From an uncultured Alphaproteobacteria bacterium (lineage in GTDB: Bacteria; Pseudomonadota; Alphaproteobacteria; CAAHEQ01; UBA3637): a stretch of 64,000 nt of DNA. Position numbers and translations under genes: made by a program. The notes under the pieces are model-generated. The model was not told the origin of the DNA, searched no databases, and saw only the letters and a list, made by a program, of their open reading frames with translations. This document shows, one piece after another, positions 25,614-36,925 of the stretch. How positions within the stretch are numbered: position 1 is the stretch's first letter; the number at the start of each line of letters is the position of its first letter. Where the stretch lies: the NCBI GenBank assembly GCA_905236245.1, contig CAJOPC010000005.1, positions 539 through 64,538 of the forward strand. Reading direction: 5' to 3'.

Positions 25614-26699
25614 ATGTTTTTTTACCTGTCACAATTTTCGGATAGACTCAGTTTGTTGAACGTTTTTAAGTATCAAACTTTTAGGATGGGCGCTGCGCTA
25701 TTAACAGCATTTTTCATTACGTTATGGTTAGGGCCCAGATTGATTAGATGGTTGAAAAACAAGGAAGGTGAAGGACAGCCTATTCGTGCGTGTGGTCCTC
25801 AAACACATTTGTCCAAAAAGGGAACGCCGACAATGGGTGGTTTAATGATTTTATTTGGAGCAACTCTTGCTGCTTTGATGTGGACAAATTTGGTGAATAT
25901 ATATGTATGGATTTTATTGGCAACATTTTGGGGATTTGGTTTTATTGGCGCCATTGATGATTATTTAAAATTGACCCATCATGACAGCTATGGCGGTGTG
26001 CCGGGCAAGGTAAGATTGGCTATTGAATTTGTAATGGCGGCAGTGGCGTGTTTAGCTATGATACATTTGGCTAATGCCCCTATGCAAACAACTTTAACGA
26101 TTCCGTTTTTCAAAAATATTTTGATTGATTTGAGTTATTTTTACATACCATTTGCGATGTTTGTTATGGTTGGAGCGGCCAATTCTGTGAACCTTACAGA
26201 TGGTTTGGATGGACTTGTGAGTTTCCCGGTCATTATGTGCGTTTTTGTCTTTATGGTTATATCCTACATTTGTGGCCGCACGGATTATTCGGAGTATTTG
26301 CAAATTATTTATATCCCGGATGCCGGAGAAATTGCTATTTTGTGTGCCGCAATTATTGGTGGAACATTGGCCTTTTTGTGGTATAACGCGCACCCTGCAC
26401 AAGTTTTTATGGGCGACACGGGCTCTTTGGCTTTGGGCGGATTTTTAGGAGCTCTTTCTGTTGCAACAAAACACGAAATTGTTTTGGCTATTGCCGGTGC
26501 TATTTTCGTAGTTGAAGCGTTGTCCGTTATGATACAAGTTGGCTCATTTAAATTGCGGGGAAAAAGGGTCTTTTTAATGGCTCCAATCCATCACCATTTT
26601 GAAAAATTAGGATGGAGCGAAACGACCGTTGTGACACGGTTTTGGATCGTTTCCATTTTGTTGGCATTGATGGCGTTAGCCACATTAAAATTGAGGTAA
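25614..26699 (+). CDS. mraY: phospho-N-acetylmuramoyl-pentapeptide transferase
   Basis: Has KGTPTMGG, NSVNLTDGLDGL, VFMGDTGSLALGG and MAPIHHHFE. Confidence 0.95.
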   Translation: MFFYLSQFSDRLSLLNVFKYQTFRMGAALLTAFFITLWLGPRLIRWLKNKEGEGQPIRACGPQTHLSKKGTPTMGGLMILFGATLAALMWTNLVNIYVWILLATFWGFGFIGAIDDYLKLTHHDSYGGVPGKVRLAIEFVMAAVACLAMIHLANAPMQTTLTIPFFKNILIDLSYFYIPFAMFVMVGAANSVNLTDGLDGLVSFPVIMCVFVFMVISYICGRTDYSEYLQIIYIPDAGEIAILCAAIIGGTLAFLWYNAHPAQVFMGDTGSLALGGFLGALSVATKHEIVLAIAGAIFVVEALSVMIQVGSFKLRGKRVFLMAPIHHHFEKLGWSETTVVTRFWIVSILLALMALATLKLR

Positions 26700-26702
26700 A
26701 GT

Positions 26703-27824
26703 ATGTATTCAATCAGCAAATTGAAAAAGCTTGTTTTAACAGAATTTCGGAGTATCGATCGCGGAATTTTGTATAGTGCTTTGTTGCTGATGTTTTTCGG
26801 GTTGTTTTTAACGCTTGCTGCAGGCCCCGCGGTGGCGGAACGTCGTCATTATGATTGGTTCTATTTTGTCTACAAGCATCTTGTTTTTTTACCAATAGGA
26901 TTAGTGGTTTTGTTTATAACGGCTCTTTTTTCGGTTAAAACGGCGCGGCGATTGTCATTTTTGACATTTGTTGGTGCTATTTTGGGTATGGTGGCCGTTT
27001 TGATTTTTGGAACTAATTTCCAAGGTGCTTCTCGATGGATTTCTGTTGCCGGTATTTCAGTTCAACCCTCTGAGTTTGCAAAGCCGGCTTTTGCGGTGGT
27101 TATTGCCTGGTTTTTAGCTAGAAGCAAATTGATTTATCAATCTCATGGGGCTTGGTTGGCATGGGGAACATGGCTTATTACAGTTGTCCTTTTAAAATTA
27201 CAGCCGGATTTTGGTATGATTTTGACAATTACGGCGATCTTTGGAACCGAGTTGTTTTTGTCGGGATTACCAAAATGGATTATTGCCATTTTAGGTTTTG
27301 GGGCGGCTTCGCTGATTCCTTTGGCATATTTGACAATGGAGCATGTGCGATCCCGTATAGATACTTTTTTGAATCCAACGGATGCAAATGCTTATCAGGT
27401 TAAAAAATCTATGGAAACTTTGGAAAATGCAGGTTGGTTCGGTAAAGGTCCTGGCGAAGGCATTGTGAAATTTGAATTACCAGATGCACACACAGATTTT
27501 ATTATGGCGGTGTCGGCCGAAGAATTTGGTTTTCTTTTGTCGAGCGTGATTGTAATTACTTTTATGTTTATCGTATTTAAAGGGAGTCAACTGATTCGTC
27601 AAAACAACAACTATTTTGTGCAGTTGGCTGTATGTGGGCTTTTAACACAAATTGCCTTTCAAGCGATTGTGAATTTAGGCTCAACGCTGAATCTTTTGCC
27701 GACGAAAGGGATGACGTTGCCACTTATTTCTTATGGCGGGTCGTCTTTAGTCTCTATGGCATTTGCCTTTGGTTTAATTTTAGCATTAACGAAACGACAA
27801 ACATTTTCAAGGGGGCTTGAATGA
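26703..27824 (+). CDS. ftsW: SEDS-family peptidoglycan glycosyltransferase FtsW
   Basis: A multi-TM protein with QPSEFAKP, LPDAHTDFIMAVSAEEFG and LPTKGMTLPLISYGGSS, in dcw context. Confidence 0.9.
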   Translation: MYSISKLKKLVLTEFRSIDRGILYSALLLMFFGLFLTLAAGPAVAERRHYDWFYFVYKHLVFLPIGLVVLFITALFSVKTARRLSFLTFVGAILGMVAVLIFGTNFQGASRWISVAGISVQPSEFAKPAFAVVIAWFLARSKLIYQSHGAWLAWGTWLITVVLLKLQPDFGMILTITAIFGTELFLSGLPKWIIAILGFGAASLIPLAYLTMEHVRSRIDTFLNPTDANAYQVKKSMETLENAGWFGKGPGEGIVKFELPDAHTDFIMAVSAEEFGFLLSSVIVITFMFIVFKGSQLIRQNNNYFVQLAVCGLLTQIAFQAIVNLGSTLNLLPTKGMTLPLISYGGSSLVSMAFAFGLILALTKRQTFSRGLE

Positions 27825-28927
27825 CAAAAACAATTGTTTTGACAACAGGTGGTTCTGGCGGACATATTTTCCCGGCACAAAGTGTTGCCGCAGAGTTATT
27901 GAAGCGTGGACATAAGGTGATTTTTATCACCGATCACAGGGGAAGCGTTTTCCAAAATTTGCCCGAAGTTCAGACATATCATTTGTTGGCAGAGTCAGTG
28001 ACAGGACGTTCTATTTTTGGCAAAGCTATGGCGGCACTTAAACTATGGTTAGGGGCTGGCCAGGCCATGAAATTACTGTTTAAAATAAAACCAGATTTAG
28101 TCATTGGATTTGGCGGATATGCCTCTATTCCAACGGTCATTAGCGCGGAAATGATGCACATCCCGGTTATTTTGCATGAACAAAATGCGATTTTGGGACG
28201 GGCGAATCGAATTTTAGCAAAAGGAGCTAAATTAGTGGCAACCTCTTTCCCAACGGTTGCGCGTATTCCTTCGCGGGTGCCATCTATTCATGTTGGACAA
28301 CCTGTGCGATCGGCTATTTTAGAGAAAGCAGATAGTCCCTATCCGACGCATGAAGATTTTAATATCCTTATTTTTGGTGGAAGCCAGGGAGCGCGTTTTT
28401 TAAGCAAGCAATTACCGTTGGCCCTTATGAAATTATCTTCACAGGAAAGAGCTCGTATCACTTTGATTCAGCAGGCGCGACCAGAGGATGAAGAGGCTTT
28501 GCGTGAAACATATAAAGAGGCGAATTTTAAGTCCTTGATCATTCAACCATTTTTTCAAAATATGCCCGAGCTATTGACTGATGCTAATCTTGTCATAGGG
28601 CGTGGTGGCGCCGGGACTTTGACAGAAGTGATGGTGGTTGGTCGACCCGCAATTATTATTCCTTTGCCATCGGCCGCGGATGATCATCAAACCGCCAATG
28701 CAAAAGTATTAGAGTCTGTTGGTGGGGCATGGCTTATTCAAGAAAAGGATTTTGATGCGGACGCGCTTTGCGAAAAGCTTAGAGAGTTTATACGGGACCC
28801 TGCCGTTCTTGTTGCTGCTGCGCAAAAGGCCCATGGAGTGGCGATTTTGAACGCGGCAGAACGAGTGGCGGATATTGCCGAGGATATGATGAAAGGTGTT
28901 AAAAATGATTCCAAAACTTCCCTTTAA
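27821..28927 (+). CDS. murG: UDP-GlcNAc:lipid I GlcNAc transferase
   Basis: Has TGGSGGHIFPA, GFGGYAS and GRGGAGTLTEVMVVGRPAIIIPLP..DDHQTANA. Confidence 0.93.
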   Translation: MTKTIVLTTGGSGGHIFPAQSVAAELLKRGHKVIFITDHRGSVFQNLPEVQTYHLLAESVTGRSIFGKAMAALKLWLGAGQAMKLLFKIKPDLVIGFGGYASIPTVISAEMMHIPVILHEQNAILGRANRILAKGAKLVATSFPTVARIPSRVPSIHVGQPVRSAILEKADSPYPTHEDFNILIFGGSQGARFLSKQLPLALMKLSSQERARITLIQQARPEDEEALRETYKEANFKSLIIQPFFQNMPELLTDANLVIGRGGAGTLTEVMVVGRPAIIIPLPSAADDHQTANAKVLESVGGAWLIQEKDFDADALCEKLREFIRDPAVLVAAAQKAHGVAILNAAERVADIAEDMMKGVKNDSKTSL

Positions 28928-30293
28928 ATGTGTGCATTTTGTTGGTATTGGTGGTATCGGGATGAGTGCCATTGCCGAAATGGTTCAAGCTTTGAATATT
29001 ACCGTTCAAGGGTCGGACAAAACCGAAAATGACAATGTTAAAAGACTCCGTCAAAAAGGGATTCAGATTTTTATTGGACATTCCGAAGAAAACATTAAAA
29101 ACGCAGATGCTGTTATTTATTCTACTGCGACAAAAGAAAATATCGAAGTTATCAGTGCGCGCCAACAACATATCCCCGTGGGGCATCGTTCTGAAATGTT
29201 GGCAGAATTGTTAAAGCTTAAAAGAAGTATTTGTGTAGCGGGAACACATGGTAAAACAACGACATCTTCATTGATTGCCAGTTTGTTGGTAGAAGCCGGA
29301 TTAGATCCCAGTTTTATTATTGGTGGTATTTTGAATGCTCAAAAATCTAATGCCCAAATGGGGTTAGGCGAGTGGGTTGTTGCCGAAGCAGATGAATCAG
29401 ACGGATCATTTTTACGATTGCCATCCACAATATCAGTTGTGACAAATGTTGATCCAGAACATTTAGATTATTATAAAAGTTTTGAAAACGAAAAGACGGC
29501 TTTTTTGACGATGTTAAATCAAACATCATTTTACGGACTCAATATTTTATGTGTAGATAATCCGACGATCAGAGAGTTGTTGCCAAAAATTCATGAGCGC
29601 AATAATATCACCTATGGTATTGATTCGCCGGCGGATGTCCAGGCTAAAAATATCCAGGTGACAGAGACGGGTTCTTGTTTTGATGTTGTTGGCGCATTAA
29701 ATGGGAAAGCCATTAATATCGCCGGTATAAATTTAAATATGATGGGACAGCATAATATTTTAAATGCGTTGGCCGCCATTATTGCTGCGCTTTATTTAGG
29801 TATTGATGAAGACCTTATCAAAAAAACACTTGCTTCATTCCAAGGAATTCAACGCCGCTTGACCTTGCGCGGAAAGGTTAATGATATTGCAATTTATGAT
29901 GATTATGCGCATCATCCAAATGAAATTAAAGCCACTCTAAGTGCTTTGAAGCCACATATTAAAGGGCGCCTTATTGCCGTTTGGCAACCACATCGTTGGA
30001 CACGATTTACAGATTTATATTTTGAATTTTTAAACGCATTTTCAATGGCCGATAAGGTTTTTGTGACGGATGTTTATAATGCGGGAGAAGCCGAAATTCC
30101 AGGTCTAACGCCACAAACTTTTGTTGAAAAATTATCTTCGACGAAACCCGCCGTTTATATTGCTTTGGATAATTTACCACAGGAGTTAAAAAAAGATTTA
30201 TTGCCCTCGGATACCATAGTGTGTTTGGGTGCAGGATCTGTTTCGGCAAAAGCAAAAATGTTGCCTCAGTTATTAGGAGAGGAGCATGCCTAA
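28905..30293 (+). CDS. murC: UDP-N-acetylmuramate--L-alanine ligase
   Basis: ATG 28905 is preferred over GTG 28896, with a GAAAGG SD. It has HFVGIGGIGMSAIAE, GTHGKTTTSS and DDYAHHPNEI. Confidence 0.93.
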   Translation: MIPKLPFKCVHFVGIGGIGMSAIAEMVQALNITVQGSDKTENDNVKRLRQKGIQIFIGHSEENIKNADAVIYSTATKENIEVISARQQHIPVGHRSEMLAELLKLKRSICVAGTHGKTTTSSLIASLLVEAGLDPSFIIGGILNAQKSNAQMGLGEWVVAEADESDGSFLRLPSTISVVTNVDPEHLDYYKSFENEKTAFLTMLNQTSFYGLNILCVDNPTIRELLPKIHERNNITYGIDSPADVQAKNIQVTETGSCFDVVGALNGKAINIAGINLNMMGQHNILNALAAIIAALYLGIDEDLIKKTLASFQGIQRRLTLRGKVNDIAIYDDYAHHPNEIKATLSALKPHIKGRLIAVWQPHRWTRFTDLYFEFLNAFSMADKVFVTDVYNAGEAEIPGLTPQTFVEKLSSTKPAVYIALDNLPQELKKDLLPSDTIVCLGAGSVSAKAKMLPQLLGEEHA

Positions 30294-31188
30294 GTGTAAT
30301 ACTTTAAAAATACCTCAGTTAAAAGCTAAAATACGCAAAAACTATCCTTTGCACAAAAAAACGTGGCTTGGGGTTGGAGGTTGTGCACAGTATTATATTG
30401 AGCCAGAAGATGAAATGGATTTAAAATTGGTTTTTCAACATGCCGGTGACTATCCTATAGAAATCATTGGTAGCGGAAGCAATCTGTTGATTCGAGATGG
30501 TGGAATAGAAGGTATAGTCCTTCATCTTGGCAAAAGTTTTCAGCATTATACTTTACAAGGAGATACGATTACCTGCCAGGCAGGAATGCCTTTGATGAAA
30601 CTTGCTTCAATTGCAGCACAAAATGATTTGAGTGGTTTTGAATTTATGTCCGGAATTCCGGGGAGTTTGGGCGGCGGATTAAAAATGAATGCCGGCGCCT
30701 ATGAATCCGATTTATCTAAAATCGTCAAACAGGTTAAAGTAATGGATTTAGTTGGAAATATTCATGAAATAAATCCCAAGGAAGAAGCTTTCTTCGATTA
30801 TCGAAAAAGTCGTTTACCAGAAGGATGGATTTTTGTGGAGGCCACTTTAAAGGGGGAACCCAAACCAAAAGAATTGATTTTGAAAAAAATGGAACAGTTG
30901 CGCCAAAAACGATTGGCAAGCCAGCCGCAAAAAGTGCGGACCGCCGGGTCTACTTTTAAAAATTTGCCGACCGTTTCTGCGTGGCAGTTGATTGATGCGG
31001 TTGGATTGCGCGGGTATGAATATAATGGGGCCAAAATGAGTGAAAAGCACTCTAATTTCATGGTCAATATTGATGCTTGTGCGGCAGACTTAGAGGAATT
31101 GGGGGAATTTGTGCGAAGCACGGTTGCTGCCAAGACTGGACAATATTTAGAATGGGAAGTAAAACGGATAGGAAAAAGGAAAAAATAA
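30286..31188 (+). CDS. murB: UDP-N-acetylenolpyruvoylglucosamine reductase
   Basis: Has an FAD-binding domain (GSGSNLLIRDGGIEG), AGSTFKNL and KHSNFMVN. Confidence 0.9.
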   Translation: MPKCNTLKIPQLKAKIRKNYPLHKKTWLGVGGCAQYYIEPEDEMDLKLVFQHAGDYPIEIIGSGSNLLIRDGGIEGIVLHLGKSFQHYTLQGDTITCQAGMPLMKLASIAAQNDLSGFEFMSGIPGSLGGGLKMNAGAYESDLSKIVKQVKVMDLVGNIHEINPKEEAFFDYRKSRLPEGWIFVEATLKGEPKPKELILKKMEQLRQKRLASQPQKVRTAGSTFKNLPTVSAWQLIDAVGLRGYEYNGAKMSEKHSNFMVNIDACAADLEELGEFVRSTVAAKTGQYLEWEVKRIGKRKK

Positions 31189-32105
31189 TGAAAAAGGAAA
31201 AAATAGCAGTTGTAATGGGTGGAATATCTAATGAAAGAGAAATTTCTCTTGCCTCTGGTAAGGGGGTTTCATCCGCGTTAGAACGTTTAGGGTATGATGT
31301 GAAGCAAATTGATTTGACGCAAGATTTATCTAAATTCATTAGTGAATTGACGAATTTTCAGCCAGATATTTTGTTTAATGCTCTTCATGGACGTTTTGGA
31401 GAAGATGGTCGCATCCAAAGTCTCTTAAATAACATGCATATCCCTTATACACATTCGGGGGCGAAAGCATCTGAAATCGGGATGGATAAATCTCGCACAA
31501 AAGAAATCGCGAAGCAAATTGGTGTGCCGGTTGCAGAGGGAAATTTAAAAACAAAAGAGCAAATGCAAATCGAGCAATTTCCTTTGCCGTATGTGGCCAA
31601 ACCAAATGACGAGGGATCGTCGTTAGATGTGCACATCGTTAGAACGGAGGATGAACAGGAAGCATTATTAAAACAATGGCCTCAAGGGATGAAATATTTG
31701 GTTGAAACATATATTCCCGGACGCGAATTGTCGGTGGCCGTCTTAAATAATCAAGTTTTGGGCTCTGTAGAAATTGTTCCGAAAACGGGTTTTTACGATT
31801 ATACCAATAAATACACGGATGGACAAACAAGCCATTTGGTGCCGGCTCCATTGCCGGAAAAAGATGCCGAAAAAATCGGACAATACGCTCTCGCTGTGCA
31901 TCAAGCATTAGGATGTCGAGGCGTAAGTCGATGTGATTTTAGGTATGATGATACGAATAAGGATGATCCTAAAATTGTCTTTTTGGAGATTAATACAAAT
32001 CCTGGGATGACGCCATTTTCTTTGGTTCCAGATATTGCCAAAAGCAAAAAAATAACATATGATGCATTGGTCAATGAGTTATTAAAAGAGGCAAGATGCG
32101 ATTAA
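31188..32105 (+). CDS. ddl: D-alanine--D-alanine ligase
   Basis: The start is trimmed to ATG 31188, a TAATG overlap with murB. It has IAVVMGGISNEREISLASG, HGRFGEDG and an ATP-grasp end (EINTNPGMT). Confidence 0.93.
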   Translation: MKKEKIAVVMGGISNEREISLASGKGVSSALERLGYDVKQIDLTQDLSKFISELTNFQPDILFNALHGRFGEDGRIQSLLNNMHIPYTHSGAKASEIGMDKSRTKEIAKQIGVPVAEGNLKTKEQMQIEQFPLPYVAKPNDEGSSLDVHIVRTEDEQEALLKQWPQGMKYLVETYIPGRELSVAVLNNQVLGSVEIVPKTGFYDYTNKYTDGQTSHLVPAPLPEKDAEKIGQYALAVHQALGCRGVSRCDFRYDDTNKDDPKIVFLEINTNPGMTPFSLVPDIAKSKKITYDALVNELLKEARCD

Positions 32106-32905
32106 AGTGCAATATTTTTAAATGGACATTAAAAAAACGACTCTTTTTATCGGGAATCGTTTGGGTGTTTATTTCTATAATTGCTTTTATTAAATCGGAT
32201 GTTGGAATTTCTTTTATCGGTTGGATTCAAAATAAAGCACATGTTGCTGTTGAAAAGGCACATTTTGATTTGGCGCAAGTCAAAGTTATTTGGCGAACGG
32301 AAGCTCATTATACCAAGACAGAAGAGGTTTTAAAGGTCATAGGCATTCGTCAAGGCATGAAGATGTCCGAAATTGATTTGAATCATATCAAGGAAAATAT
32401 TGAACATTTGCCCTGGGTTCGCTCTGTGATTGTGGAGCGCTTGCTACCGAATAATTTGCGTTTGACAATAGAGGAAAAAACGCCCCTAGCTTTGTGGCAA
32501 AATAACAAAAAATACAAACCATTAGATGAGGATGCTGCGGTGATTGAAACATCACAAAAGTTGCCCGCGGATTTGCTGCTTGTCGTTGGAAAGGATGCAC
32601 CGAAACATTTGTTGTCTTTGTTGAAAGATTTGGAAGCGGTTCCCGAAATTTATCAATATGTTCGGGCGGCAGTTCGTATCAATGATCGTCGGTGGAATTT
32701 ACGATTATTTAATGCTGAAAAAGGAGTAGAGGTTATATTGCCAGAAACAAATATAGCAGAGGCATTGAATCGGCTTGATGAGCACAACAAAAAAGAAAAG
32801 TTGATTAAACGGCAAATTGCTGCGATCGATTTAAGGGAGGGTGGCAAAGTTATTTTAAAACCATTGGAAACCTCTACTAAAAAACAAAAGGGCGCAAAGA
32901 AATGA
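32096..32905 (+). CDS. ftsQ: cell division protein FtsQ
   Basis: Has an N-terminal TM segment, a POTRA-like region (LPWVRSVIVERLLPNNLRLTIEEKTPLALW), and sits before ftsA. Confidence 0.8.
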   Translation: MRLKCNIFKWTLKKRLFLSGIVWVFISIIAFIKSDVGISFIGWIQNKAHVAVEKAHFDLAQVKVIWRTEAHYTKTEEVLKVIGIRQGMKMSEIDLNHIKENIEHLPWVRSVIVERLLPNNLRLTIEEKTPLALWQNNKKYKPLDEDAAVIETSQKLPADLLLVVGKDAPKHLLSLLKDLEAVPEIYQYVRAAVRINDRRWNLRLFNAEKGVEVILPETNIAEALNRLDEHNKKEKLIKRQIAAIDLREGGKVILKPLETSTKKQKGAKK

Positions 32906-34143
32906 AATCAAAGTCGAAAAACATACTGACCGTTTTAGATATTGGGACTTCTAAAGTTTCCTGTTTGATTGCGCGTTTGTTGGAGGGGGCTCCTCCGGAA
33001 ATTATCGGCCACAGTTCCGTCCAGGCTAAAGGTATTCAAGCGGGCGCTATTTGGGATATTGAAGCCGCCAAGATGTGTGTTAATAATGCTTTGCGTCAGG
33101 CGGAGAAAATGGCCGGTCGGTCTATTACGAGTGTTTATGTTAATATCTCGTCTAGCCAGATAAAATCAATGCAGCTGGATCAAGAAATGGATATTCCTGG
33201 TGGTCGGGCCATTACGACGCAGGATATTCAGCATTTGGTTGATAATATTTTGTCTACACAAATTCCGGCGGGGGAAGAAGTTTTACATGCAATCCCGATG
33301 GGGTATGTGGTTGATCAAGAACAGGGTCATACGGATCCTCGGGGGATTCATGGGAATACTTTGGGCGCAAAAATTCATGTGATTACGATTCCGGAAACAC
33401 AGACAATGAACCTTTTAAAGGTATTAGATTGGTGCCACGTGACGGTGACCGCCAAAGTGGCAACACCCTATGCCAGTGCGTTGGCTGTTTTAAATGAAGA
33501 TGAAATGGATTTGGGCACGACAGTTATTGACTTTGGTGCCGGCACAACGAGTTATGCTATTTTAATCGGTGGTGGTTTAATGAAGTTGGGTTTGGTGCCG
33601 CATGGTGGTGATGAAATTACGCGGGCCATTGCTCAAGAATTTAATACAGATTTGCAAAATGCTGAGCGCAAAAAGGTCTTGAATGGCGCGGCGACCTTAG
33701 CGCCTCGAGATGAGTTGGAACCAGTTATTGTGCCTATTTTGGGGGACGATTCGGGCGCCAACATTCAAGTGATGCGTTCTAATTTGATTTCCACAATTTT
33801 GCCCTATTTGGATAATATTTTGCATGAATTACACGATTCTTTAAATGAAGACCCGTTTGCCGCCGTTGCAAAAAGGTATGTTTTGACTGGAGGCGGTGCT
33901 GGTTTTGATGGATTACAAGATCGAGTTTCTTCGATTTTTGGCGGAATTTCGCGGATTGGGAAAATAAAACAAATAAAAAACTTGCCAAATAAGTACGATT
34001 CGTGTACATTTAATGTATGCGTTGGTTTGTTGGTTTATGCCCAGATGCGTTCGCAAAGAAAAGTGTTGGATGATTTTCAAGAGAAGCCGGCTCTCACAAG
34101 CTGGATTGGAAAGGTAAAGGAATGGCTGAAACAAAATCTGTAA
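32902..34143 (+). CDS. ftsA: cell division protein FtsA
   Basis: Actin-fold motifs ([29 protein letters not shown]), in the ftsQAZ context. Confidence 0.93.
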   Translation: MKSKSKNILTVLDIGTSKVSCLIARLLEGAPPEIIGHSSVQAKGIQAGAIWDIEAAKMCVNNALRQAEKMAGRSITSVYVNISSSQIKSMQLDQEMDIPGGRAITTQDIQHLVDNILSTQIPAGEEVLHAIPMGYVVDQEQGHTDPRGIHGNTLGAKIHVITIPETQTMNLLKVLDWCHVTVTAKVATPYASALAVLNEDEMDLGTTVIDFGAGTTSYAILIGGGLMKLGLVPHGGDEITRAIAQEFNTDLQNAERKKVLNGAATLAPRDELEPVIVPILGDDSGANIQVMRSNLISTILPYLDNILHELHDSLNEDPFAAVAKRYVLTGGGAGFDGLQDRVSSIFGGISRIGKIKQIKNLPNKYDSCTFNVCVGLLVYAQMRSQRKVLDDFQEKPALTSWIGKVKEWLKQNL

Positions 34144-35624
34144 ATTTAGAGTCTTCGTTGCAAATAGGACTTGCAACACCGCCTCCCGAGGTTTTGCTTA
34201 CACCGAATATTGGCGTAATTGGTGTAGGTGGCGCTGGTGGCAATGCTGTGAATAACATGATTTCTTCGAATTTAAATGGTGTGAATTTTTTTGCAGCAAA
34301 TACGGATGCTCAGGCTCTTTCAAAATCTTTGTGTTCAGAAAAGATTCAATTGGGCGTAAAAACAACCCAGGGACTTGGGGCTGGTGCTCATCCGGAAATT
34401 GGTAAGGCTTCTGCCGAAGAATCTGCTGATAAGATTAGAGAAGAAATTACAGGTCTCCATTTGTTGTTTTTGACCGCCGGAATGGGTGGCGGAACAGGAA
34501 CCGGTGCGTTGCCTGTTATTGCACAAATGGCCCATGATATGGGTATTATGACGGTGGCCGTTGTTTCTACCCCCTTTAATTTTGAAGGGGTCAAGCGTAT
34601 GAGAACTGCTCTTGGTGGAATTGAAGAGTTGAAAAAATATGTGGACACCTTAATCATTGTGCCGAATCAAAATTTATTCCGTGTTGCTAAACCGGATACG
34701 CCTTTTGTAGAAGCGTTTAAAATGGCAGACGATGTTTTGTGTCAGGGAGTGCGCTCAATTACCGATTTGATTATGAACCCTGGAATTGTGAATTTGGATT
34801 TTGCGGATTTAACAACCGTTTTGAAATCCATGGGGCGTGCGATGATGGGGTCTGGTATCGCTTCTGGAGAAAATCGAGCGATGGAAGCCGCCGAGAAAGC
34901 CTTGTCTAATCCATTGTTGGATGATGTGTCCATCAAAGGGGCCAAGAGTGTATTGATTAATATCTCAGCCGGTATGGATTTGACATTGGCCGAGGCTGAT
35001 ATCATCAACCAGAGAATTACTTCTGAGGTAGATCCTGATGCCAATATTATTTCCGGAACAACATTAAATCAGGATTTGTCTGGATCTATCCAGGTATCTG
35101 TTGTGGCCACAGGATTGGATCCTAACAATCAACCGGCCAGTCCTTCAGAGTCGATCGTGGTAAAGCCTGCGCAGACATTGGTGACGCCACCAAATAATCC
35201 AACGGTGACAATGCCGCAAGCTCAGCCGACATCAGAGGTTGCTGCAAATGATCAACCTCCATTGATTCCAAGCTCGGATATTGGATTTGCTCCGATCACT
35301 CCTCGTATGGTGGCGGAAACAGACAGCACTTTGGTTGTTCCTGGGGAGGAGACAGACCATCTTACACAGGCGCCGTTATTGGATGATCCTCCACCAATTA
35401 TAGCCCCGGTAGAGTCTATTGCTTCGGATATTCAAACACCAGAGCCGATTGATTTGGAAAGAAAGTCAGGCGAATCGAATGTTAAGGCCGCAAAGCCGAG
35501 TCTGTTTGATTTGGTTCCTGGGTTGTTGAGAAGTGGTTCAAAACAGAAACAACATTCCAAAGCAAAAGTTGATAATGCGCCACCTTTGCCGGAATTAGAT
35601 CTTCCGAGCTTTTTCAAGGAGTAA
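34122..35624 (+). CDS. ftsZ: cell division GTPase FtsZ (long Pro-rich linker)
   Basis: Has [13 protein letters not shown], the tubulin signature [10 protein letters not shown], a linker of about 150 aa, and the C-terminal peptide [10 protein letters not shown]. Confidence 0.95.
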   Translation: MAETKSVNLESSLQIGLATPPPEVLLTPNIGVIGVGGAGGNAVNNMISSNLNGVNFFAANTDAQALSKSLCSEKIQLGVKTTQGLGAGAHPEIGKASAEESADKIREEITGLHLLFLTAGMGGGTGTGALPVIAQMAHDMGIMTVAVVSTPFNFEGVKRMRTALGGIEELKKYVDTLIIVPNQNLFRVAKPDTPFVEAFKMADDVLCQGVRSITDLIMNPGIVNLDFADLTTVLKSMGRAMMGSGIASGENRAMEAAEKALSNPLLDDVSIKGAKSVLINISAGMDLTLAEADIINQRITSEVDPDANIISGTTLNQDLSGSIQVSVVATGLDPNNQPASPSESIVVKPAQTLVTPPNNPTVTMPQAQPTSEVAANDQPPLIPSSDIGFAPITPRMVAETDSTLVVPGEETDHLTQAPLLDDPPPIIAPVESIASDIQTPEPIDLERKSGESNVKAAKPSLFDLVPGLLRSGSKQKQHSKAKVDNAPPLPELDLPSFFKE

Positions 35625-36548
35625 AAAGCGCTGATGGCGTTGAGCAATTAAATCTTCGCCTTTCATATTTTCGAATCGTTTTAAATGTTGCGATAAAGCG
35701 GCAGCAACCGCCTGCATAGTTTCTTTTGGAAAACGGTGTGCGCCGCCAATGGGTTCTGGAATAATCTCTTCAATGATACCCATTTTCAACATGTCTGCCG
35801 CAGTTAAATGTAAAATTTCGGTTGCTTTTTGCGCATATTTAAAGTCTTTCCACAAAATGGAAGCACAGCCTTCTGGAGAAATAACAGAATAAATCGAATT
35901 TTCCAACATTAAAACTTCATTGGCGGCGGCCAAAGCCAAAGCTCCGCCACTACCTCCTTCTCCAATAATACAACTGATTAAAGGAACTTTTAAATTTAAA
36001 CAGGCTTCGATACAAGAGGCAATGGCTTGACCTTGCCCGCGGGCTTCGGCATCTACGCCGGGAAATGCACCAGCCGTATCAACCAATGTAATCACGGGAA
36101 TGCCATATTGTTCCGCCAAAGCCATCAAGCGAATTGCTTTGCGATATCCTTCGGGTTTTGCCATTCCAAAATTGTGTTTAAGACGTGTCTCAATATCATG
36201 CCCCCTTTCATGGCCTAAAATCATGACGGTTTTGCCATTAAATTTTGCCAATCCGCCGACAATAGCAGAATCTTCGGCATAGAGGCGATCGCCACACAAA
36301 ACTTCAAAATCTGTAAAGATGGTTTCAATATAATCCAATGTATGGGGACGATCTTCATGACGAGCCACTTGGGCTTTTTGCCAAGGAGTCAATTTGGCAT
36401 ATGCTTGATTTAATAAACGGTGTTTTTTTGTTGTGAGACGTTTAATTTCCAATTGGTTTTTATCCAACAATGCTTTTTCCCCGCTTGTTAAACGAGCAAG
36501 TTTAGAGTCAACCTCTTTAATTGTTTTTTCAAAATCCAAATATTGCAT
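35595..36548 (-). CDS. accA: acetyl-CoA carboxylase carboxyltransferase alpha subunit
   Basis: 317 aa with [32 protein letters not shown]-like ([16 protein letters not shown]) and [11 protein letters not shown]. Confidence 0.93.
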   Translation of the reverse strand: MQYLDFEKTIKEVDSKLARLTSGEKALLDKNQLEIKRLTTKKHRLLNQAYAKLTPWQKAQVARHEDRPHTLDYIETIFTDFEVLCGDRLYAEDSAIVGGLAKFNGKTVMILGHERGHDIETRLKHNFGMAKPEGYRKAIRLMALAEQYGIPVITLVDTAGAFPGVDAEARGQGQAIASCIEACLNLKVPLISCIIGEGGSGGALALAAANEVLMLENSIYSVISPEGCASILWKDFKYAQKATEILHLTAADMLKMGIIEEIIPEPIGGAHRFPKETMQAVAAALSQHLKRFENMKGEDLIAQRHQRFLLLEKARKI

Positions 36549-36565
36549 TGGTCAATCCTTTTTGT

Positions 36566-36594
36566 TTGATTTTTCTAATTATACAAGCTATACT
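36566..36594 (+). promoter_or_regulatory. candidate promoter (TTGATT-17-TATACT)
   Basis: Hexamers read directly, 35 nt upstream of ATG 36629. Confidence 0.35.
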
Positions 36595-36628
36595 CTTAAA
36601 TGTCCAGTAATTTTGAAAAGGAGTAAAA

Positions 36629-36925
36629 ATGGCACCTTATTTGTTCTGGGAGTTAATGATTATCGCTATTGGTGTTTGGTTGATGGCCATTTTATTCTTT
36701 GTTTATGGCTTTTTTTTGCTGAAAAAACAACGCAAGATGTTTGATTTTTTTCAAGAAAAATTACAGGGAAATTTTCCAGCAGAATCTAAAGTGGAGGAGA
36801 GTGTTCCTGAAACACAAGATGAGATTCAAAATATTTCTATTTCAAAAGATGAACCCATTTCAAAATATAAAGATATGCCTATGAGCGAATCGGTTAATGT
36901 CTCTTTTGTGGATAAAGAGGAATGA
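36629..36925 (+). CDS. small membrane protein, hypothetical (98 aa)
   Basis: An AAAAGGAG SD is present. A hydrophobic N-terminal region of about 30 aa (one or two TM helices) precedes an acidic tail. ATGA overlap with the downstream substrate-binding protein gene. Confidence 0.45.
   Translation: MAPYLFWELMIIAIGVWLMAILFFVYGFFLLKKQRKMFDFFQEKLQGNFPAESKVEESVPETQDEIQNISISKDEPISKYKDMPMSESVNVSFVDKEE

Noticed and set aside
35595-35624. The 3' ends of ftsZ and accA overlap convergently by 30 nt, which raised the possibility of antisense regulation.
   Set aside because: Both ORFs end in family-typical C-termini (ftsZ ...[10 protein letters not shown]; accA has normal length). The overlap is most simply general genome compaction. 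Nothing in the sequence indicates a regulatory role.
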